From Heteronotia binoei (Eukaryota), in contig NC_083236.1 in the NCBI RefSeq assembly GCF_032191835.1, forward strand, positions 27,466,001 to 27,530,000: 64,000 nt of DNA, in the 5' to 3' direction. Both the position numbers and the translations under genes were made by a program. Shown here in pieces: positions 12,201 to 21,200 of the stretch. Numbering within the stretch: the first letter of the stretch is position 1; each line of letters starts with the position of its first letter. The notes beneath the pieces are model-generated. The model did not search any database. It was not told the DNA's origin and saw only the letters and a list, made by a program, of their open reading frames with translations.

Positions 12201-15200
12201 TGGAATTATCTGGTTGAATGCCTTATGAATCTGGAAATACTGTAACCATGGGTTAATAATGTGGTGTTTACTTTCCAGTTGTTCTTTCGTACCTAGTTTA
12301 CCTTTAATTATTAAACCACTAATTCTAAAAAAGTTTTTATCTCTCCAATTTTTATATGCCACTAGATCTCTCCCCGGTGTAAACCAGTTTTGCCCTAGAA
12401 AAGCCATCATTGGTGATGTTGGAGGTGCAAGTTGACCTCTCACTTTATCCCATAGATCTTCTTTGTGGTCTCTGTGCAGTCCCACACATGGGTCTTGCCG
12501 CAGGCAACGGATCCATACCTTGGAGCTCCAATAGCTCGTTTACAACGTCTTTTGGCGCGCTTTCCTCCCGCCCTGGGGAGCAGGCAGCGACTGCGCATGC
12601 CTGGAGCGGGGGGAGAGCGCCAATTCCACTCAGTTTCTTCCCTTCCGCCGCCCGGACAACACCTACCTCGTTGCGTTCCTCCTCTGGCTCGTCTCTTGGT
12701 ATCGTACTATCTCTCCTTTTTCTTACTACTTACTCTCTCCTTCGTCCTAATACTCTATATATTAAAAAAAAAAAAAGTAGAACCCGCTTTTGCGCTTTTG
12801 CTCTCTTTCTACTTCCCCCCCCCCAACCCCTTCTCTCCCTTCCCTCTCTTCCCCTGTCCGGAACGGATGGAAGGGAAAATCACCTTTAAAAGGTGTAGGC
12901 AGTGTGCTTCTAAAATTCCGTCCTCTGACGGTCACTCGCTCTGCCTATTTTGCTTGGGGGAATCCCACAGAGTTGACACCTGCCACCACTGCGCTTGCTT
13001 CGGTAAGCAGGCGCACAAAAACAGAGCAGCTCGTCTTCGTAGTTTCCTCATGGAGTCTTCTCTCCGCGCGATGTCTACCTCAGATCCGCCGCCTCCCCCA
13101 TTAAGAGTGGGAGATTCGGCAGCTTCGGCCCTTCCTATCGCACCTAGGAAGCATAAGTCCGACAAAAAGGCTTCTAAGCACTCTGAGGGGCATAAGACGC
13201 CTAAAAAGGCCCGTCACGGCGAATCGAGCCTGTCGAAGCCGCACCGCTCGAGTCCGGAAACTTGCAGCCCGACCACTTCGGCGCCTAAGAAGCACCACGA
13301 CCCGTCGGCTTCTAACTCCGCCATCGCGCCCGTGCGTGAGCGCCGCGATCCGTCGGCTTCCAGCACTTCCGCCCTGGCTACGGCTGCACAATCGGCTTCG
13401 ACAGCTGCGCAATCGGCTTCTGCGCAGTCGGCTCCTTCCGTGATTTCTCACTCGAATCCGATCTTACCAATCGAACTCTCGGCTCCTTCCGATGTCATCT
13501 CGGAAATGCCCCGCCTCACTCAGCCTTCTATTGAAGTGATCCCGATTGGCTCTAGATCGCCCTCGGTACACAGTCTCCCTCCTATCGATATTCTCGAGTC
13601 CGAGCCTCCACCTTTTCGACCCGAATCCTTCCTCGACATTACAACACCAGTGCTTAAGGATATTACAACTCCATTGCTTAAGGAGTCTTCTACCCAGGTC
13701 TCGTCTCATCGACTCCGATCTCGATCCCCGCGGCTCCGCTCTCGCTCGCGGTCTCCGCTCCGTCCAAGATCTCCGATCCGAGATCGCCTCAACTCTCCGC
13801 ATCGAGATGACCACCGTGACCGTCGCCGCGATCGCTCACGGTCCCGGTATGGTGACTACCATCGTGGCTATCGACGGGACCGTTCTCCATCCATCTGTCT
13901 CCCGGTTGCTATGATGATTATCACCATCACTACTACTCTCCTCGAGAAGAAGCAACCCCTCGCACCCGAGATGATGCAGCAGCTCCTCGGACCCGAGACG
14001 ACTTCGGCTCCCATACTGTACCGGGATCCCACAACGTTCTGCAGCCTCCTGTCCTTACTCGGAACCGAGATTCTCCCAGGACAGCATCCGCATCGGTTTC
14101 CAAACCGCCTATTTCACCGCTAAAGCGTCCTCGGGACCCTTCACCTGTCGAGCCCAAGTCACCTCAACACCCCGTCTCGACTTCAGATAGAGACACCTCT
14201 GACCACTCTGACTCCGAGGAGGCTCCAGCCTCGCCTTCATCGGACCAACCTCCTAGGCTCTCACCATCCGATAGCTCTAAGGCTTACCTTAATTTGATCA
14301 CAACTATGGCTTCCGCACTGAACATCCCCATGTCCTCTGATTCACCTAAGGTCTCGGATGTGGTACATGACCTGGTTCGCACAGACTTCCCGGATAGCTC
14401 TACGCTTCCTATGCTTCCTGTACACTTTGAAGGTCTTCGGGAGGCCTGGGAGAAGCCGGCCTCGATCCCTACTCTTTCCCGACGCCTGGATTCTCTTTAT
14501 AGGGTGCACGCAGCTGACTGCAAATTCCTCGCCTCCCACCCGGCACCCAACTCTATTGTTGTCCATTCCGCCACCAAGAACAAACAATCTCGCCACCCCG
14601 TTCCTCCGGACCGCGAGGGCCGAAAATTGGACACTCTGGCTAAGAAAATCTATAGCTTCTCTTCAACCAACTCTAAGTTGAACAATTACAGCCTATTTTG
14701 CGGCTTACTCCTTCAACTTGGCAAACCAGATCACCCCACACATCACATCCATGCCTGACTCATCTCAAAAAGCTGTCTCGGCTCTCGTCTCTGAGCTCTC
14801 CCGTGTCTCAAAACAACAAATAAATTCTATCCGCCATGCGGTTTCCTGTTCCTCCCGAGTCTTCGCAACTTCGGTGGCCCTACGTTGCCACGCCTGGCTG
14901 CGCTCAACGAACTTACAGCCAGACATCAAGCAGCGTATAGAAGACCTCCCTTTCGATGGTCTGGGGCTATTCCATGCGTCCACGGACGAGGTCCTCGCAT
15001 CGGTCGATGACGGCCGCAAGAGAGCGAAACGTCTTGGGGTCACACAACCAACCTCGCTGCCCTCTAATAGGCAAAGACCGTGGAAGCCATCCTTTCAGCG
15101 CCGTCAACGGTCTCCTAAGTCCCAGGATTTCTGGAAAAGGAAACCTCTCCCAAAGCAGCCCTTTCATCAGAGGCCACGGGCTCAACCTTCTAAGAAGCAA

Positions 15201-18200
15201 TCCCAGACAGGCAAGCAGTCTCTTTGACTCTCCCAACAGGCATACCAGACTATCTCCCTTTTACCCAAGCTGGAGTTCCATCACCACCGACTCTTGGGTT
15301 CTTACCATCGTGCGTCTAGGTTACGCAATAGAGTTCGTTTCGCCACCACACCACCACCACTTCATAGCTACCCCTCCATCTGCACTCCTCCATCAGGAAA
15401 TTCTGGACTTGCTCCAGAAGAATGCCATAGAACCCGTTCCTCCCCAACATCGAGGGACGGGATTCTACTCAAGATACTTCCTGGTCCCCAAAAGGGATGG
15501 AGGAAAGCGCCCAATCCTAGATCTTCGGAAGCTAAACAAGTTCATCGAATACAGGAAGTTCAGAATGATCTCCCTACAGGCCATCCTGCCTCTTATTCCC
15601 AGGAATTCCTGGATGGCTTCCCTAGATCTTCAGGACGCTTACTTCCATGTGACAATCCGACCTCATCATCGGAAGTATCTGTGATTCGCCATGGGACAAG
15701 ACCACTTCCAGTACGTATCCCTGCCCTTTGGCCTCTCCACCGCGCCAAGGGTATTCACCAAGTGTATGGCGGTGGTGGCAGCGGCCCTCAGGCTTCGAGA
15801 CATCACAGTCTTCCCATATATTGACGACTGGCTTCTCATAGCACCGACTCAACGTCGTTTGCAGAGCAATATCAACACTACGCTCTCTCTTCTCAATTCC
15901 CTGGGGCTTTGTGTGAACACATCCAAATCCCATCTCGAGCCTACTCAGGACATCAAGTTTATAGGGGCTCTCCTCCGCACTTCTCTCCACCGTGCTTTCC
16001 TCCCTGAGGATCGAGCAATCACTATCATCACCTTAGCCAGGTCAATTCAACGACAGCCTTGCCAGTCTGCGTTCACAATCCAACGCTTGCTGGGCCTCAT
16101 GGCCGCCACGACTTCCGTCATCCACTTTGCCAAGCTACGGATGCGACTACTACAGCTTTGGTTTGTAAGAGCCTACCATCCTCAGTTGCAACCGCAGAGT
16201 GTCTTACGGTTCCCCAGAGAGCACTTTCATCCCTCACGTGGTGGACTGTACCCAGCAATCTCCTCGCGGGCATGCCGTTTCTACCGACGCCTCCAGTGGC
16301 TGTTGTGACAACGGACGCCTCAAAGTGGGGATGGGGAGCCCACTTAGAGGACAAGACCGTCAGAGGCCTTTGGACTCCCTCCGAGAGGGCCATGCACATA
16401 AACTGCTTAGAACTGATTGCTGTGCACAGGGCCCTCTTATCATTTCTCCCGCTGATCAACGGAAGGCATGTTCAGATTTCAACGGACAACATGGCAACCG
16501 TCTATTATATCAACAAGCAGGGAGGAACCAGGTCTCTCCGGCTTTGCCGTATAGCCGTTTTGCTTTGGGAATGGTGTCTGAAGCACAACATTTACTTGAC
16601 CGCCGTTCACCTCCCAGGTGTCGACAATGTTCTGGCCGACTCTCTGAGCAGGTTTCGCTTGGACGACCACGAGTGGTCCCTCAATCCGACCTACCTTCAA
16701 CGCATTTTCAGATGTTTCGGAACACCCATGGTGGATGCCTTTGCTTCCAGGGACAATGCCAAATGCCCACGCTATTTTTCGAGAAGGGGGAACGACGCCT
16801 TCCTTCACAGCTGGACGGGCCCTCTTCACTACATCTTCCCACCAACCCCTCTACTGACTCGGGTACTGATGAAGATCGCACGAGACGGCACGGACTGCAT
16901 CCTGGTAGCCCCTTGGTGGCCACGGCAACTGTGGTTCACGAGACTTCTCCAGTTATCTCATCACACCTACCGTCGCCTCCCTCTTGTGAGCGACCTTCTG
17001 TCCCAAGCCAATGGTCAGATACTGCACCACAATCCTCAGGTACTGGCCTTAACGGCCTGGAGAATTCGACCTCCTGCCTCTCCGCAGAGGTAGCCCACAT
17101 TATTCTCAACGCGAGGAAGCCCTCCACGAGGCTTTCGTACCAACGTAAATGGAAGCGCTTCTGTTCATTCGCGACTGCTAACCATATACCTCCAGAGTCA
17201 GTACCTCTCAATATGATCCTAGAGTATTTACTTTCTCTACAGAAATCAGGACTCTGTTACTCATCCCTGAAAGTTCATCTGTCTGCCATCTCTGCGTTCC
17301 ACAATCCGGTAGACGGTAAAACAGTTTTTTCTCATGCCTTGTCCAAGTCTTTTCTCAAGGGCATGTTGCACCTCAATCCACCCGTTAAACCCCTTGTTCC
17401 AACTTGGAGTTTATCCCTAGTTCTTTCCTCGCTTATGAAAGCACCATTTGAACCTATGGCTACCATAGACCTCAACCTTCTTTCCTGGAAGACAGCATTG
17501 CTGATTGCCCTTACCTCTGGCAAATGGGCAAGTGACTTATGCGCCTTCCGCCACGATCCTCCTTACACCATTTTCCACAAGGAAAAAGTTGTTCTGAGAC
17601 CAGACCCTGCATTCCTTCCTAAAGTTGTCTCCCAGTTCCACTTATCGACTTCAACCTCTCTACCAACCTTTTTCCCCAATCCAACCGACCACGGACAACG
17701 GGCCTTGCATTCTTTGGATGCAAGAAGGGCTTTATCTTTCTACCTTGATCGTACACGGCTCTTCCGTAAGGACCCTAATCTGTTTGTGGCATACGGAAAC
17801 CCTTGCAAGGGACACAAAATTTCTACCCAGAGACTATCTAAATGGGTAGTTAGTGCCATTACGCTGTGCTACGAACTGGCTAAACAGCCTCTGCCCGAAG
17901 GCCTTAAGGCTCACTCTACTAGAGCGGTCTCGACGTCTTCGGCTTTCCTGCACGGCGTCTCCCTAGAGGACATCTGTGCTGCTGCATCGTGGTCCTCTCC
18001 TTCCACGTTCGTCTCCCATTATGCGTTGGACGTTCGTGCGAGACGTGACACCTCCTTCGGCCAAGCGGTCCTCAGATCCATCTTTCACTGAGATGAGGGG
18101 TGAGTGCAGCCGCTTATATTCCTATGTCGTACAATCTTTGTTGTTGGCCATGTGACTAACTTCTTTCTTTTCCAGCACCCTCCTCCAGGACACTTAGCTG

Positions 18201-21200
18201 GCTAGTCACCCATGTGTGGGACTGCACAGAGACCACGAAGAAGATAAACAGGTTGCTTACCTGTAACTGATGATCTTCGAGTGGTCATCTGTGCAGTCAC
18301 ACACGCCCACCCAGCCTTCCCCGCTGCTGGCCTTTGGTACTTCTTGCTTAAACTTTTCTAGTCTCACTGCCAGTGGCGGCTGGAAGAAACTGAGTGGAAT
18401 TGGCGCTCTCCCCCCGCTCCAGGCATGCGCAGTCGCTGCCTGCTCCCCAGGGCGGGAGGAAAGCGCGCCAAAAGACGTTATAAACGAGCTATTGGAGCTC
18501 CGAGGTATGGATCCGTTGCCTGCGGCAAGACCCATGTGTGTGACTGCACAGATGACCACTCGAAGATCATCAGTTACAGGTAAGCAACCTGTTTTTTCAG
18601 CGTGAACTCTAAGTACGGATTGCGAAACTCCTGCCACTTTCTATCTTTGCTATCATTCCACAAGGCTTCATGTAGGCTAGATTATGCCAGAGAAGCTTGC
18701 TCTATAAATTCCCATGAAGTTTACTGAGATGTGCTAGCATAGGTGACTATATGCCTTAAATTAGATGCCAAATAGTAATTATAAATATCAGGAAGGTCTA
18801 GGCCTCCATTTTTAGAGGGTTTTGCTAAGTTGTCTGGAAATTCTTGCTCCCCCCCCCCCTGCCCAGATAAATGAATTGGTCATTCTTTGCCATTTTTTAA
18901 AATATCCGGTAATGATATTGGTATATTTTGAAAAAGAAATAATAATTTTCGAAATAAAAACGTTTTTATCAGGTCCACTCTCTCAGTTAACGAGAATGAG
19001 AATTTTTCCCAAGCCAGAATGCACGACCGTCCTTCTTCCAGTATAGGGCTAAAGTTATAACCAAATAGGTCTTTCAACCTATTAGGAACTATTATTCCCA
19101 GATGTCTCCATTTGTCCTTTACCCATTTAAAGGGAAAGGACTTAGAAATGTTTTCTCTAGAATTATATCCCCCATTTTCCAAATATATGGAATATAATTC
19201 TGATTTGTTGTAGTTAATCACAAAACCAGAACATAGACTAAACTCATCTATTTCCCTTATCACCTTTTGAAGTGAGGAGACTGGATTTGTTAAATAAAAC
19301 ACTCATCGTCAGCAAAGAAACTAGCTGTAAAGGTATTTTTGTGTATTTCTATTTCCTGAATTTGGTTGTTTGATCTAATTGCAAATGATAGCGGTTCTAA
19401 TAATAAATTTTTAATAACATTTTTAATAATAACGTTTTATTTATAACCCGCCCTCCCCACCGAGGCAGGCTCAGGGCGGCTAACAACATATCAATACAAT
19501 AAATTATACAATAGGTATTAAAAACAGCATTTAACCTTAAAAACATTCCAGTTTAAAATTACACATTAATGATAACGCAAATAGATAAGGAGACAGGGGA
19601 CAACCCTGTCTAGTGCCTCTGTGTAGGGGGAAATCCTTTGAATTATAACCATTAATACTGATTCTTGCTGTCGGTTTTTGGTATATTGCTGCCAACGACT
19701 GTGGAAATTTAGGGCCGAAATTCACATTTTCCAATAGGGTTTGCAAATATATTGGTTCCACCCTATCAAACGCCTTGTCTGCGTCTAAAGACAGTATGAC
19801 AGATGGTATGCTCTGGTGCCTACAATGAGTTATGAGATTTAAAGTTTTCCTTACATTGTCTGCCAGGGAGCGACCCGGAATAAATCCTGTTTGTTCCGTA
19901 TGTACGTACCGATCAATTACTGCACCCAATCTATTAGCTAGAAGCGTTGCAAATATTTTAAAGTCATGATTGAATACAGAAATTGGTAGGTATGATGCTG
20001 GGTACTCTTTATCTTTCCCTGGCTTAGGGAGAACTATCATTCTAGCCTCCACCCATGTTGGAGGAATTCTACCCATGTCCATTACGTGATTACATAAATC
20101 CACTAGTGGTTGTGTTAGGATGTCTTTGAATTTTTTGTAAAATTTTATAGGATATCCGTCCCTTCCTGATGCTTTATTATTCTTAATTGATGATAACGTT
20201 TTCTCTATCTCTGTTACTGTAACTGGTTTATTTAGTAATTCTTGATGGTCGTTCGATAATTTCGTTTTATAATTTATTGTGTCCTTCAGTTTAGTGTTAG
20301 TAGAGGAATATAGATGTCTATAATAGTCCACAAATACCTCTACTAAACCTTTTGTGGAGTTTTCAGAAAAGTTCTGACGGTTTTTAATAGAGAATATTAA
20401 ATTGCTAGATTTCTTCTTCTGTGTTCTATATTTCAGTAGCTTTAAAAATTTGGTGTTTTAGTAATGTATCTCTGTTGTATAAAGCATCTTTTTGGATAGT
20501 GTTAGTGTCCAAAAGTTTCAGTTTAGATCTAGCCATATTTAATTTCTGTAGGGTACGTTTACCTCCATACTTCATGTGCTTTTTTTCTAACCTTCGAATT
20601 TCCAAAATAATATCTGATTTTTTTTTTGTCCTTTTCTTTCTTGCAGGCTGAAGCTAAAGAAATAAGACTACCTCTTAAAGTAGCTTTAAAGGCCTCCCAT
20701 ACCTTTTCCTGCAATACCCTGCAATCTTTATTAAATAAAAAATATTCTTTAATGTCTTTTTCAATTTACGTGCAAATAGATTCTTTACTCAGTAATATTT
20801 TATTTAAAGTCCATGAAGGTTTTTCTCCCAAGTCAGGAGATAAAATAAAAAAACCTGTTATCCATGAATGGTCTGATATGGTCCTGGAACCGATTTCTAC
20901 AGAACCCATATTATTAATAAATGATGCTGAAGCTATAATGAAGTCAATTCTAGTGTATGTATCATGGACTGGTGAATTGTATGTATACTCACGAACCCCT
21001 GGGTTCTGCGCCCTCCAGACATCGGTTAGATTAAATGCTGTTAGAAGTTTTCCTAGATCTGAATCTGGAGCTGATTTGCTTTCCTTACATTTTCTAAAGG
21101 ATGTATCAAGAGAAAAGTTAGCAATACTATTTAAATCACAACCAATAATAAGTTCCCCCCTTTGAAATGATTGAAGCTCTAGCAATGTTGATTTTAAAAA

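Larger units (their letters stand above)
12456..18594 (+). mobile_element. DIRS1-type tyrosine-recombinase retrotransposon, full length, inactivated
   Basis: Left ITR 12456-12641, right ITR plus right extension 18382-18594, and an internal complementary region 18208-18304 matching both ends; Gag-like ORF1, RT, RNaseH, adenine-methyltransferase-like and recombinase domains in DIRS order; no target-site duplication. Confidence 0.97.

Noticed and set aside
12465-12866. N-terminal 134 residues of the 552-aa ORF 12465..14123
   Set aside because: This is read-through of the left ITR and leader from a non-ATG start; recognisable Gag begins at ATG 12867, and the last ~75 residues are out of frame after the shift near 13890.
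12932-17523. Numerous - strand ORFs across the DIRS (e.g. 13101..13451, 13464..13814, 16479..16829)
   Set aside because: Short antisense shadows of GC-rich coding frames with no recognisable motifs.
14956-18091. Recombinase plus Dam-like methyltransferase plus RT read as a bacterial or phage contaminant or a prokaryotic defence system
   Set aside because: The domains lie within DIRS ITR/ICR ends, inside a vertebrate L1 inside a spliced vertebrate gene; the domain order is that of DIRS1 retrotransposons.
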